Positions 1 to 10,967 are shown, counted from the whole stretch's first letter. The stretch is 63,089 nucleotides of DNA, filler included, from Octopus bimaculoides (GCF_001194135.2; 4 parts of 4 records of this genome joined end to end with filler, not necessarily neighbours in it), one strand, 5' to 3'. The notes: generated from the sequence alone by a model not told the origin. Program-made: numbers and translations.

Positions 1-31
<31 letters not shown>

Positions 32-284
32 CGTATTATGTGTGTGTGTATAAAAGTTTTGTATAGAAGTTTTCCGTATTTTAAACCCGATGTACTTTTT
101 ACTTCTTACGTAAGTATATATCTATTGTACGTGTATGTTTGTGTCAAGGTGTGTCGATGCGTAATTTATGTACATCGAAAGGTATGTGAGTTAAAAAATA
201 TGCTCTTCCTGTTCTGGCGCTGTGTCTGTGTAGTCGTGTCCTTCCTGTTTTTCGTTGGTTTTTGCTGGGGTTTTTTTTCTCTCT

Positions 285-900
285 CATGAATCCCTTTTGT
301 CACAAATCACAAAAAAAAAAAGAACAACAATGTCAACGAGAAGAAACCGACAACATATCTCCCTCCCTCACTCTTTCTCTTTCTCTCTATCATGTACACA
401 CAAACACAATCAATCTCTCACTGTCACATTCACACACTTCTCCACGTGTGTACACTCGTTTGTTCATCCTCTCCGTTTCTCGCCCTTTCTCTCTTTCTAT
501 CTATCTACATTTTATTTAAAAAAACCTATCCATTCTCTCTCTCTCTATTATCCTTTCTTCTCATTATTCTTCATGCTGTAACTGCCTTTCTCTAACCGGT
601 TCCCGTCTTCCTTCTCCCTCCACCATCACATCCTACTCTGACAGGTGGTTTTACGGACTCTCCTCCTCCTCTCCCCCTTTCGTTATTGTCACACACTTTT
701 CCTGTCGTTGACTCCGCCCACATTTCAACGCTTTATGTACGTCACTCTTTCTTTCTCCTTCTCTTTCTCTCTTCCCGTCACTTCCTCACCCTCTCTCTTC
801 CCTCTACTCGCTATTATATCCTTTTACGTTTCTCTCCCTCCTCCCCCCTTCTATAACTTTCATCTCTTTTTCTTTTCTTTCTCGTCTGATATCACGTTTT
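285..900. repeat. CT-rich low-complexity tract
   Basis: Pyrimidine-rich, dominated by TC/CTT/TTTC runs; ORFs here are F/S/L-rich artefacts. Confidence 0.8.
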
Positions 901-955
901 ATTGACTTGCAAAAGAGCACACCCGGGACGTATTGCATACATACATACATATATA

Positions 956-1368
956 CAAGAGAATACTTACTCTGAACTATTGAGAAATCTGCAGTTACTC
1001 TATCCAGATTACAAGTTCAGATTTATAGCTGGAATTGTTGGGGTCCTGAGATGTGTAACGCACTGCCTAAATACCAATCTTGAGAAATTAGGCTTCTCAA
1101 AACCAGAAAGGAGAAAGATAATTCGAAGACTACAGATCCAATCCATCATTGGAACTGTAAAATTCTGTAAAGCTTTCCAGAAGTTTATCATTTAAATAAA
1201 TATATGTGAGCATGTCTAGATATGCAACTATATGCATGAGAATACATACATACATATGTTGTTGATGTTGAAATTCTAATGAAGTAGCCTTGGATCTAGG
1301 TTAGAAACGGGCTCTTTATTGGTAAGAAATTTTGAAATAAAATCGAACAATGACATACACAATATTCC
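956..1368 (+). mobile_element. 5'-truncated R4/Dong-like non-LTR retrotransposon, family 1 (REL endonuclease C-terminus plus 3' UTR)
   Basis: Translates ENTYSELLRNLQLLYPDYKFRFIAGIVGVLRCVTHCLNTNLEKLGFSKPERRKIIRRLQIQSIIGTVKFCKAFQKF*, matching the REL C-terminal pattern (Y..L...L...YP.YK....P...GALG). The 3' UTR (gttgatgttgaaattc...ctaggttagaaac.ggctct) recurs at 3370-3460, 11560-11630 (minus) and partly at 25460-25590 (minus). Confidence 0.75.
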
Positions 1369-1469
1369 AGAGGGAGAAAAGTTGAAAAAAAAAAAGTTGC
1401 CCTGCCACTTAGAATGGAGTACTCAAAGTGTGTATAAAAATTCTTTTACTCCATAATTGTACAGTTCTA

Positions 1470-1632
1470 TATTTAAGAGATGAGGAATTATGTGTATTAT
1501 TTACATTTGACGGATATTTGTCCTCATCTTATTTGTTGTTAACACAACGTTTCGGCTGATATACCCTTCAGCCTTCTTCAGGTGTCTTGGGAAAATTTCG
1601 AACCTGGGTTCTCATTCCTAAGGTATTTTTCC
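1470..1632 (-). mobile_element. Penelope-like-derived short repeat, family E (carries hammerhead)
   Basis: Near-identical to 13614-13755 on the opposite strand; abuts (ATT)n; contains a hammerhead motif. Confidence 0.7.
1541..1586 (-). ncRNA. Minimal type-I hammerhead ribozyme motif (family E)
   Basis: Minus strand reads GACAC-CTGAAGA-A-GGCTG(aagggtatat)CAGCC-GAAA-CGTT-GTGTT: stem I GACAC/GTGTT, stem II GGCTG/CAGCC, palindromic ACGT stem III. Confidence 0.7.
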
Positions 1633-1641
1633 ATGTTGTTG

Positions 1642-1691
<50 letters not shown>

Positions 1692-1692
1692 G
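1633..1692. repeat. (GTT)n/(ATT)n microsatellite
   Basis: Direct inspection. Confidence 0.95.
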
Positions 1693-1818
1693 TTAGACCC
1701 TGAACACTAACAATAATAAACAGATGACAGGAGCCTGGTGCAGTCTTCTGGATTGCTAAGTCCTGCAAAACCATCCAACCCAAACCACCATGGAAAACAG
1801 ACATTAAATGAGGATGAT

Positions 1819-1821
<3 letters not shown>

Positions 1822-1869
<48 letters not shown>

Positions 1870-1879
1870 NNNNNNNNNN

Positions 1880-1925
<46 letters not shown>
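1822..1925. repeat. (CA)n microsatellite with internal 10-N gap
   Basis: Direct inspection. Confidence 0.95.
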
Positions 1926-2085
1926 CGAAACAGGAAGTTGGACAAATTTTATTATTTATTCACCATTACACATGTTTCATTTGCTAATAGGAATCACAAA
2001 GTTGTGCACATGAGAAATACATAATTTTGTCTTCAGACAGAAAATCAAATAATACATTATTATTTTTATTTGATTCTCTATCTGA

Positions 2086-2120
<35 letters not shown>

Positions 2121-2204
2121 TATCATTATCAAGTCTATTCTGGAGAACTTTCCAGTCAGGCACTGTTATGGATAATTCCAAGATGTCTTTGGATAAACTC
2201 TACA

Positions 2205-2312
2205 GGTATGGGATGTGCTGTCAGATGGGCTTGTCCAAAGTGCTTGCTGAGCGATGAAACCATTCTGCATGTTCTCATTCAGTGTCAGGGCATTGCTGGC
2301 TTGTTCTATTGA
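2205..2312 (+). mobile_element. Possible L1/Tx1-like C-terminal zinc-knuckle relic
   Basis: WACPKCLLSDETILHVLIQC fits CxxC...ET.xH.L..C of non-LTR C-terminal zinc knuckles; no other domain seen nearby. Confidence 0.35.
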
Positions 2313-2825
2313 CATTATCCAGAGACAAGCCAGAGTGAGATGTCTGGTGCCAATGAGTCGCAGGCTCAGGGATGTGGGAGCACCATGATCTCTAGCACAA
2401 ACCAAAGATCCCCAAAATGTCCAATGCCATTCCCTGCATATCTGGTTTTATATCAGAGTGACCTTCTCCTAGAGAACAGAAACTGAGGGGTGCTTCACTC
2501 CCAATGGTTTCTAGCATACCAGACACCTTCACAGAATTTCTGTGTACCTGTGTTATTGCTAGATAGCCATTGAGCCTGCACTAGGTTCATCTGACCTTTG
2601 AACAGGTCTTGTTTTTAATCCTGCTGGGTTTCTAGCAACCCTCTTCACCAGGACAGCCTGGTGGGGGTGCCAGTTTAGTTGCCAACAACCCAACCATGCA
2701 ACAGGTTGTACTGGATTCCATGTTACCAGTAGCACTTGTGAGAGCCTCATAAGTGACCTGACATACATACATGCATACATACATACATACATATATACAT
2801 ACATACATACATACATACCATTATG

Positions 2826-3470
2826 TGGGACCACAAAGAAGAGATATGTTCTGTTGTGGAAAACAACTGCCCCTTGGACACAAATATGGTTAGTACAATA
2901 CAAGAGAAAAAAGACATTTATGACCATTGATAAGAAGTTTGCAAATCCAGTATCCCAGACACAATTTCAGCTTTATACCCATTATTATTGGAGCAACAAA
3001 ATGCATACCAACTCACATGGAGCAAAGTATCGCTGAACTTGGAAACCTGGGGGAAGAATGAAAATCTTTAAGTCATACACTACAAATGATCACAATATCT
3101 GGGACTACAAAAATCTGGAAAACTTTAAAAATTAAAAGATGAGAATTAATTTTAGATATTTTCATTCACAACCTTGCTACCAAGTTGGTGGCTGGTCAAA
3201 ATTTACTCAAAATTAAAAAGAAAACGGGAAGACATATATACATACATACATGCATACATGCATATATACATGCATGATGCAAATGTATGCATGAGAAGAC
3301 ATACATAAAACAAAACATACAAATCTGCACATATACATACATACATGCATACAAAAATACCCTGTAGCTGATGTTGGAATTCAATGAAGGAGCTTTGAGT
3401 CTAGGTTGGAAACCGGCTCTTTCTCTGGTGGCAAGAAATCTTTAAATAAAGGTGAATAATGACATACATA
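2826..3470 (+). mobile_element. 5'-truncated R4/Dong-like element, family 1 (REL domain plus 3' UTR), degraded
   Basis: WDHKEEICSVVENNCPLDTN...EKKDIY... and FIPIIIGATKCIP...ISGTTKIWKTL across frameshifts; 3' UTR homologous to 1200-1368; starts right after (CATA)n at 2760-2818. Confidence 0.7.
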
Positions 3471-3559
3471 CATGCACACACACACATGCATGCGCATACA
3501 AACACACACGCATGCACACACAGACACACACACACACACACACACGCAGTGGCCATCTG

Positions 3560-4305
3560 CTCCTTGCCGAGCTTGACCTCTTCTTGTATCTGAATTGCTC
3601 TTTCCTAGCATGCGATCTTAAATGACTTTTGAAACCTTGAAGAGCTGCAGTAATGTCTCAATCAAGCATTGGCTCCATTTCCTGCTTGTTTGTTATGAAT
3701 GTTCAAGTGCTGCTTCAATTCTTCACATGATTTGCAAGTTTTTTCATAGATGTTGTATTGAAACTGGTTATCCAGAAGGAAATTTCAATAGTTCATTTAT
3801 GCCTTACCCACATGGTCATACTGGTGCCATCTCACACTAACAGGAGATATGTACACTTCGTGCAGCAAAGAAGGAATGAAAAATGCTTGAAATGTTATTG
3901 ATATGATACTCGTTTTTGTGAAATCTTTTCTTTTCAGCACATTTAACTCTGTCAAGCTCAAAATCTTTAACACCACTCCACATCATAGCTCTCGACACTC
4001 CCCTACCTTCCACAAGTGATTCAAGATTTTTATAATATAATTAAAGGCATTTCAAATTTGATTTTAAAGAGTTCATATATTTTTCTTCAGCTTCTATTTT
4101 TCTCTCTTTCACAGTATTAGCTCACCATAAAGGGAATGTGCTCACCATCCACATGGATGAGATGGCCTGTCCATCATAATTGATTCCTAATAAACATGGC
4201 TTGGATTGATCTGATGCTAGCTTCAGCAAAAACCTCAATGTTTGAAATGAGTAAGGACCAGCTTATTTTTAAATATGTGGCAGAGACATTCCTGGTGAAA
4301 TCTCA
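3560..4305 (-). mobile_element. RTE-clade LINE 3' fragment with two degraded C-terminal C2H2 zinc fingers
   Basis: Minus strand: SNIEVFAEASIRSIQAMFIRNQL*WTGHLIHVDGEHIP..YGEL.., KSNLK, EGRGVSRAMMWSGVKDFE (RTE C-terminal pattern), then YNIYEKTCKSCEELKQHLNIH and QCLI...LQGFKSHLRSH. Confidence 0.7.
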
Positions 4306-4357
4306 CCAACAGCTTTTTACATGATGTATGTATATAGTCCGATTTTCAGAAGAGTAG

Positions 4358-4751
4358 TTGTCATTGTTGATGGCACTCTGTCGCTTACGACGTCGAGGGT
4401 TCCAGTTGATCCGATCAACGGAACAGCCTGCTCGTGAAATTAACGTGCAAGTAGCTGAGCACTCCACAGACACGTGTACCCTTAACGTAGTTCTCGGGGG
4501 ATATTCAGCGTGACACAGTGTGACAAGGCTGGCTCCTTTGAAATACAGGTACAACAGAAACAGGAAGTAAGAGTGAGAGAAAGTTGTGGTGGAAGAATAC
4601 AGCAGGGTTCACCACCATCTCCTGCCAGAGCCTCGTAGAGCTTTAGGTGTTTTCGCTCAATAAACACTCACAATGCCCGGTCTGGGAATCGAAACCACGA
4701 TCCTATGACTGTGAGTCCGCTGCCCTAACCACTGGGCCATTGCACCTCCAC
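4358..4751 (-). mobile_element. tRNA-derived SINE family B, full length, with 12-bp TSD
   Basis: Reverse complement of the 35422-35811 copy; tRNA-like head with A/B boxes; TCAGAAGAGTAG duplicated at 4346-4357 and 4752-4763. Confidence 0.9.
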
Positions 4752-4877
4752 TCAGAAGAGTAGAAACAGTGGAGAAAGAACAAATGAGACATATACCATG
4801 ATTTTAGTTTCAGCTTTGATGTGTGTGTGTGTGTGTGTGCGTGCACGCGCATGTCTGCGTGTGTGTATTCTTTCATT

Positions 4878-5085
4878 CTTTTACTTGTTTCAGTCATTTG
4901 AGTGTGGCCATGCTGGAGCACTGCCTTAAAAGGTTTCAGTCGAACAAGTGGATCCCAAAACTTTTTTGGTTTTTTTAGGCTTAGTATTTATTGTATCGAT
5001 CTTTTTTATTGAACCACTGAGTTACAGGGATGTAAACACACCAACACCAGTTGTTAAGCAGTGATGGAGAGACAAGCACGGACAC
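4878..5085 (-). mobile_element. SINE family A, 3' half
   Basis: cagtcatttgagtgtggccatgctggagcac...gtaaacacaccaacaccagttgt matches the family A tail. Confidence 0.8.
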
Positions 5086-5221
5086 AAATGCACACATAGA
5101 TATCTTACGTGGAAAAATGCAAGCAAGAGAAATAATATTCTTAAGATTATAAACCTCAAAAAGTACAGGACAAGTCATTACATCTGGTAAAGTACAGAAC
5201 AAGAAAATTTTTACTTAAAAT

Positions 5222-5292
5222 ATTCTTTTCTATTCTAGGCACAAGGTCTAAAATTTTTGTTGAGAGAGCCAGTCAATTAGATCAACTGGTAT
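5222..5292 (-). mobile_element. SINE family C, 3' tail fragment
   Basis: tcttttctattctaggcacaagg...ccagtcaattagatcaac matches 19541-19620. Confidence 0.6.
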
Positions 5293-5834
5293 TGCATGAG
5301 ATTGATACCCTGAAATTCCTCGAATTGAGCTCTATCATTTAAGCTTAATTAAAATATAGTTTGTTTTTAAAATAAAAAAAGTTAATTATACTTAAATCCA
5401 ATTTTTTGCCTTATTTCTATTTTTTTCATGATATTTTACCTCACAACTCTTTTGATACAAATTTTTGTCGCATGGGAACAAAACTATGGAATTCTTCATG
5501 CTTTCTTCTTTCAGTGAAGCTAAGACAAATATATTTTACTTTTGAAATAAAAAAAAGTGATTTAGATCTAAACTTGATTGGAGGTGTTACTTACTCTCCT
5601 ATAACACCGTTACAAACTTTGATGTAAACTTTTTCGTACTGGACCAATTCTCAATTTTTTTAATGCCAAATTGTAGCTAGGGACCAGTCCTCTTCAAAAT
5701 TGCTAACAGTTTTCAATTTAGTTAAGAACTGAACTAGCGACAAAGCTCTGAAGATGCTGCATGTAAGGAAATTGTAGCCTTCAGAATATTATTCAATTAC
5801 TACCGTAGTTGAATGATAAACATATATATATACA

Positions 5835-5992
5835 TATACGACAAGCTTCTTTCAGTTTCCATCTACCACACCCACTCTCAAGGCTTTGATCAGCCTGAGG
5901 CTATAGTAGGAGACACTTGCCCAAGGTACCACACAGAGGGACTGAATCCAGAACCATGTGGTTGGGAAGCAAGCTTCTTACCACTCAGCCAT
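5835..5992 (-). mobile_element. SINE family A, 5' half
   Basis: cttctttcagtttccatctacc...acacttgcccaagg...gaaccatgtggttgggaagcaagcttcttaccac. Confidence 0.85.
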
Positions 5993-6013
5993 GTCATATA
6001 TATATATATATAT

Positions 6014-6131
6014 ATGTTAATTCTCTAAATGAAGTATTAACAGTAACTGCACGATAAAGTGTAGTATATTGCCACTTAAGTTTGGCTGACCCCTAGGGTT
6101 ACTGTTAATACTTCATTTAGAGAATTAACAT
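6014..6131. repeat. Perfect 34-bp inverted repeat with 50-bp spacer (MITE-like)
   Basis: atgttaattctctaaatgaagtattaacagtaac (6014-6047) is the exact reverse complement of 6098-6131. Confidence 0.85.
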
Positions 6132-6231
6132 TGCTTGTTTTCACCTTTTCGATATCAGTGAAGAATTTCACTGGAAAAGTAGATATAAGATTGCCAGGAT
6201 TTTGTCTCTCTCACCAAGGTCAGTGGCTGTC

Positions 6232-6274
6232 GAACGCCGACGAAGGGAAATAACCCTGAAATCCGGATCCGTTC
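6232..6274 (+). ncRNA. Type-I hammerhead ribozyme motif, CCGACGA core variant
   Basis: GAACG-CCGACGA-AGGG(aaataa)CCCT-GAAA-TCCGGA-TC-CGTTC: perfect stem I, stem II, palindromic stem III ATCCGGAT, AUC cleavage triplet. Confidence 0.7.
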
Positions 6275-7634
6275 ATGCTGCAGNNNNNNNNNNNNNNNNN
6301 NNNNNNNNNNNNNNNNNNNNNNNNNNNNNNNNNNNNNNNNNNNNNNNNNNNNNNNNNNNNNNNNNNNNNNNNNNNNNNNNNNNNNNNNNNNNNNNNNNNN
6401 NNNNNNNNNNNNNNNNNNNNNNNNNNNNNNNNNNNNNNNNNNNNNNNNNNNNNNNNNNNNNNNNNNNNNNNNNNNNNNNNNNNNNNNNNNNNNNNNNNNN
6501 NNNNNNNNNNNNNNNNNNNNNNNNNNNNNNNNNNNNNNNNNNNNNNNNNNNNNNNNNNNNNNNNNNNNNNNNNNNNNNNNNNNNNNNNNNNNNNNNNNNN
6601 NNNNNNNNNNNNNNNNNNNNNNNNNNNNNNNNNNNNNNNNNNNNNNNNNNNNNNNNNNNNNNNNNNNNNNNNNNNNNNNNNNNNNNNNNNNNNNNNNNNN
6701 NNNNNNNNNNNNNNNNNNNNNNNNNNNNNNNNNNNNNNNNNNNNNNNNNNNNNNNNNNNNNNNNNNNNNNNNNNNNNNNNNNNNNNNNNNNNNNNNNNNN
6801 NNNNNNNNNNNNNNNNNNNNNNNNNNNNNNNNNNNNNNNNNNNNNNNNNNNNNNNNNNNNNNNNNNNNNNNNNNNNNNNNNNNNNNNNNNNNNNNNNNNN
6901 NNNNNNNNNNNNNNNNNNNNNNNNNNNNNNNNNNNNNNNNNNNNNNNNNNNNNNNNNNNNNNNNNNNNNNNNNNNNNNNNNNNNNNNNNNNNNNNNNNNN
7001 NNNNNNNNNNNNNNNNNNNNNNNNNNNNNNNNNNNNNNNNNNNNNNNNNNNNNNNNNNNNNNNNNNNNNNNNNNNNNNNNNNNNNNNNNNNNNNNNNNNN
7101 NNNNNNNNNNNNNNNNNNNNNNNNNNNNNNNNNNNNNNNNNNNNNNNNNNNNNNNNNNNNNNNNNNNNNNNNNNNNNNNNNNNNNNNNNNNNNNNNNNNN
7201 NNNNNNNNNNNNNNNNNNNNNNNNNNNNNNNNNNNNNNNNNNNNNNNNNNNNNNNNNNNNNNNNACACCTAGTTGAAATATGGGGGTAGAATATAAATGA
7301 AATCATTTTAAATACTGTATGAAATCTATAGATACCTTTATTGTTAAGACGACCAAAAAATCGATCTGCTCATTTTCATTCGTGGTATGACACACTGGAA
7401 ACCTCTCTTCCTTCTCCGCATCCTTTTCTGTGGCAATGCGAGTCTGGATTAGTCCAGATTTGGACAATATCAATGTCCAACACTGTCCTTCTGGGCTTTG
7501 CAGAGCAAAGGGCCTGAAACAGATTATATTTATATATACATATATCATATATATATATATATATATCATATATATATATATATACTAGCAGAGAAAACCA
7601 GCATTGCTCGGGATTCAAATGGCATAGTTGTTTA

Positions 7635-7923
7635 TATTTTACTTGTTTCGGTCATGTGACTGCAGCTATGCTGGAGCACTGCATTTAGTCAAAGAAATCG
7701 ACCCCAGGATTTATTCTTTGTAAGCTTGGTACTTATTCTATCGGTGTGTTTTGCCAAACGGCTGAGTGACGGGGATGCAAACACAGCAACATCTGTTGTC
7801 AGGCGATGGTGGGAATACAAACACACACACACACACACAAATATATACATATATACAACAATCTTCTTTCAGTTTCCATGTACAAAATCCAATCACAAGG
7901 CTTTGGTGGGCCTGAGGCTATAG

Positions 7924-7924
<1 letters not shown>
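7635..7924 (-). mobile_element. SINE family A, 5'-truncated
   Basis: Family A tail and middle with internal (CA)n/(TA)n. Confidence 0.85.
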
Positions 7925-7976
<52 letters not shown>

Positions 7977-7980
7977 GTGT

Positions 7981-8085
7981 ATAAGGGATGACCTACTAGG
8001 TGGACATCCAATATGCTAGTCATTAACAACCCAACCACAAAGAAAAATAATGTTCTCCAGAAAAATTTCGCAAAACACCAGAACA
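7981..8085. mobile_element. Fragment of repeat family F (Penelope-like-associated)
   Basis: agggatgacc...ggtggacatccaatatgctag...acccaaccacaaag..aaataatgttctccagaa matches 62625-62708. Confidence 0.65.
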
Positions 8086-8257
8086 GGACAAAATGAGAAA
8101 TATACAGAATAAAGAATTAGCTGTGTACTGCAGTTTCGAACATTAACATTTTACTCATGTATATCTAGTACTATGTCTTTCTCCATTTCTATGTTAAAAG
8201 TAAAAATAAGGCAACCATGCAAAACACAAATGATCTTTTGCACATAGACACACAGAA

Positions 8258-8512
8258 TAACAGTAATCAAATAATGAAAGTAGAATGCACATAAAACTTC
8301 TGCAGTCTGACTGTCACCTGTACTCTTGACAAGAGATGTCAGTCCTTTACCCCTTACCATTCTCATTTATATTAACCCAACTTACTACTATATAACAACA
8401 ATCAAATAATGAAAGCAGAGTGCACAACAAACGTCACCAATCTGACTGTTGCCTGTACTTTTGACAAAGGATGTCAGTTAGTCCTTTTCACCCACCAGGT
8501 TCATTTGTATCA
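8258..8512. repeat. Diverged tandem duplication, unit about 135 bp
   Basis: aatcaaataatgaaag.aga.tgcaca...tctgactgt..cctgtact.ttgacaa..gatgtcagt occurs twice, starting about 8266 and 8399. Confidence 0.8.
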
Positions 8513-8521
8513 GCTTGAGTT

Positions 8522-8957
8522 GTTAGATAATTTTTCGTTCCTTTAAGAACATTGCAGAGCGAAAACTTTTCATAGATTGGAATTTAAACCCGTATCTCTA
8601 TAGAAATCTATTATTTGAACAAAATACTGAATTTAAATTGCTTTTAATTTTTATGATTATAGATAACAACTCGGGCTGTAACTTCTGAGCCCGAGTCAGG
8701 TATGTGTGAATCATGTCGAGAGAACATCTGCTACGAAGGATATTTTTTGATACAGGGCACCTCTAAGACGACCGCCAGGCACTGAAGGTAAATTAATGAA
8801 CTGCGACCAATAAAAGGAGCCCAAGTTATTGGCTGAAATTACATACCTGAAGTCAGTGTTGGTAGAAATTAAATAGGCTTGCAAATACATATTCACTTTA
8901 CTAAATTTATACTCGGGCTAAGCCCGAACAGCCTCAGAGCTGGAGTTGCCACTGTTA
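8522..8957. mobile_element. Possible solo LTR
   Basis: TGTTA...GTTACA termini and complex internal sequence; no TSD found. Confidence 0.25.
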
Positions 8958-9540
8958 CATATATACATANNNNNNNNNNNNNNNNNNNNNNNNNNNNNNN
9001 NNNNNNNNNNNNNNNNNNNNNNNNNNNNNNNNNNNNNNNNNNNNNNNNNNNNNNNNNNNNNNNNNNNNNNNNNNNNNNNNNNNNNNNNNNNNNNNNNNNN
9101 NNNNNNNNNNNNNNNNNNNNNNNNNNNNNNNNNNNNNNNNNNNNNNNNNNNNNNNNNNNNNNNNNNNNNNNNNNNNNNNNNNNNNNNNNNNNNNNNNNNN
9201 NNNNNNNNNNNNNNNNNNNNNNNNNNNNNNNNNNNNNNNNNNNNNNNNNNNNNNNNNNNNNNNNNNNNNNNNNNNNNNNNNNNNNNNNNNNNNNNNNNNN
9301 NNNNNNNNNNNNNNNNNNNNNNNNNNNNNNNNNNNNNNNNNNNNNNNNNNNNNNNNNNNNNNNNNNNNNNNNNNNNNNNNNNNNNNNNNNNNNNNNNNNN
9401 NNNNNNNNNNNNNNNNNNNNNNNNNNNNNNNNNNNNNNNNNNNNNNNNNNNNNNNNNNNNNNNNNNNNNNNNNNNNNNNNNNNNNNNNNNNNNNNNNNNN
9501 NNNNNNNNNNNNNNNNNNNNNNTATATATATATATATATA

Positions 9541-9920
9541 TGTAGTAACGCCGTGCGCATGCGTAGTCTTACGCATGCGTAGAATTAAACAACCAAGCGT
9601 TTCCCGCTCAATTCATTCTCTTTCTCACTGGCCAGCGATTGAGCATGGACGTATTTAAGCCGTCTCTTTACATCTTTCGGACTTACACTCGACAGCTCGC
9701 TCACAACTACAGAACAACGTCCCAACAACTATGCTCATACACACAGAAGCTGTAACAACAAGAACTAAAGATATGTATGTTTACCACCTGAATAAAGTGT
9801 TGTTTAAGTTGATAGTCTGGAGTTCAGCGTTCCGTTATATTCTTTAATTTTATAGTAGAAAGTCAGGTATACAATCTAAAGATGTATAACCCACTTTCTA
9901 CTAAATATATATATACACAG
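9541..9920 (+). mobile_element. Possible solo LTR inserted in (TA)n
   Basis: Starts TGTAGT after (TA)n; TATTTAAG TATA-like box followed downstream by AATAAA; 3' boundary uncertain. Confidence 0.35.
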
Positions 9921-9959
9921 ATTAGTGGTACAACCCTAATTTATACTCGAGTAGAGAAT

Positions 9960-10310
9960 TCCTTGCTTTCTGATCCATGGTGCTAGCCTTAGCATGCTTG
10001 AGGTGGAGGTGCTGCAACTTCAGGTCTTCTTCAATTTGTTTTACCCATGTCTTCAGTGCACTGTGCTGGATTCTCCAGTGTGGGGGTCACTGCCACCGCA
10101 AAAGTTCATGTGGTAGTCTTCCAGTGCTCATCCTACAGACATAGCCAGACTACTATGGGTTGCGCTGCCACAACTGGTCTTCAATGTTTGGCTACTGCTG
10201 GCATTGTTCTCAGATGTTGTTTGAAATTTAGTTGCATAGAGAGACACCAAGGATCTCATACTGTTCTAGTTCTCTCATCTTTTTTATGGTCCCTAATTGG
10301 TTTCCCCAAA
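9960..10310 (-). mobile_element. LINE (RTE/L2-like) 3' ORF fragment
   Basis: Minus strand ..LKTWVKQIEEDLKLQHLHLKHAKASTMDQKAR matches the RKTW...I.EDL.....A.DR..WR LINE C-terminal pattern. Confidence 0.5.
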
Positions 10311-10479
10311 TGAATGGACGTAGTCAAATTTGCCCCACATTTTCAGAAATACTGTTTAAACAAGCTGAATGAATTCAGAAAAACATTCAGGATGGATTTG
10401 TTTTATTTTTTCCCCTCACTTTTTATAATAAATCAGTTATGTAGCTGAGATTCTACTCCTAGACATATAATTTTTTTTC

Positions 10480-10865
10480 AAGTGGGTAAAAAGCTTGCTT
10501 CCCAGCCATATGATTCTGGATTCAGTCCCACAGCATGGCAGCTTGGACAGGCGTCTTCTACTATATAGCCTCAGGCCAACCAAAGCCTTGTGAGTGAATT
10601 TTGTAGATGGAAATTGAAAGAAGCCCGTTATACATGTGTATATCTGCGTGTGTCTGTGTTTGTCTCCCACCACCACTTGACAACCAGTATTTGTTTATAT
10701 CCCATCGACTTGGCGGTTCGTCAAAAAGACCGATAAAATAAGTACCAGGCTTAAAACAAAAATAAAAATAAGTACTGGGGTCAATTCATTCGACTAAAAT
10801 TGATTCAAGGCGGTGCCCCAGCATGGCCGCAGTCTAATGAGTGAAACAAGTAAAAGATAAAAGAT
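10480..10865 (+). mobile_element. SINE family A, near full length, diverged
   Basis: Colinear with 36746-37155 from head to aagtaaaagat tail. Confidence 0.9.
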
Positions 10866-10935
10866 ATGAAAAAATGCGGTCGTCATGGCTGGAACACCTT
10901 AAATTATTGGATTTGCTTGATCAGANNNNNNNNNN

Positions 10936-10967
<32 letters not shown>

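Noticed and set aside
7300-7510. Possible Penelope GIY-YIG C-terminus and hairpin TTTGC-aga-GCAAA before GAAAC
   Set aside because: No GIY/YIG motif and no CUGANGA core; the similarity is too vague.
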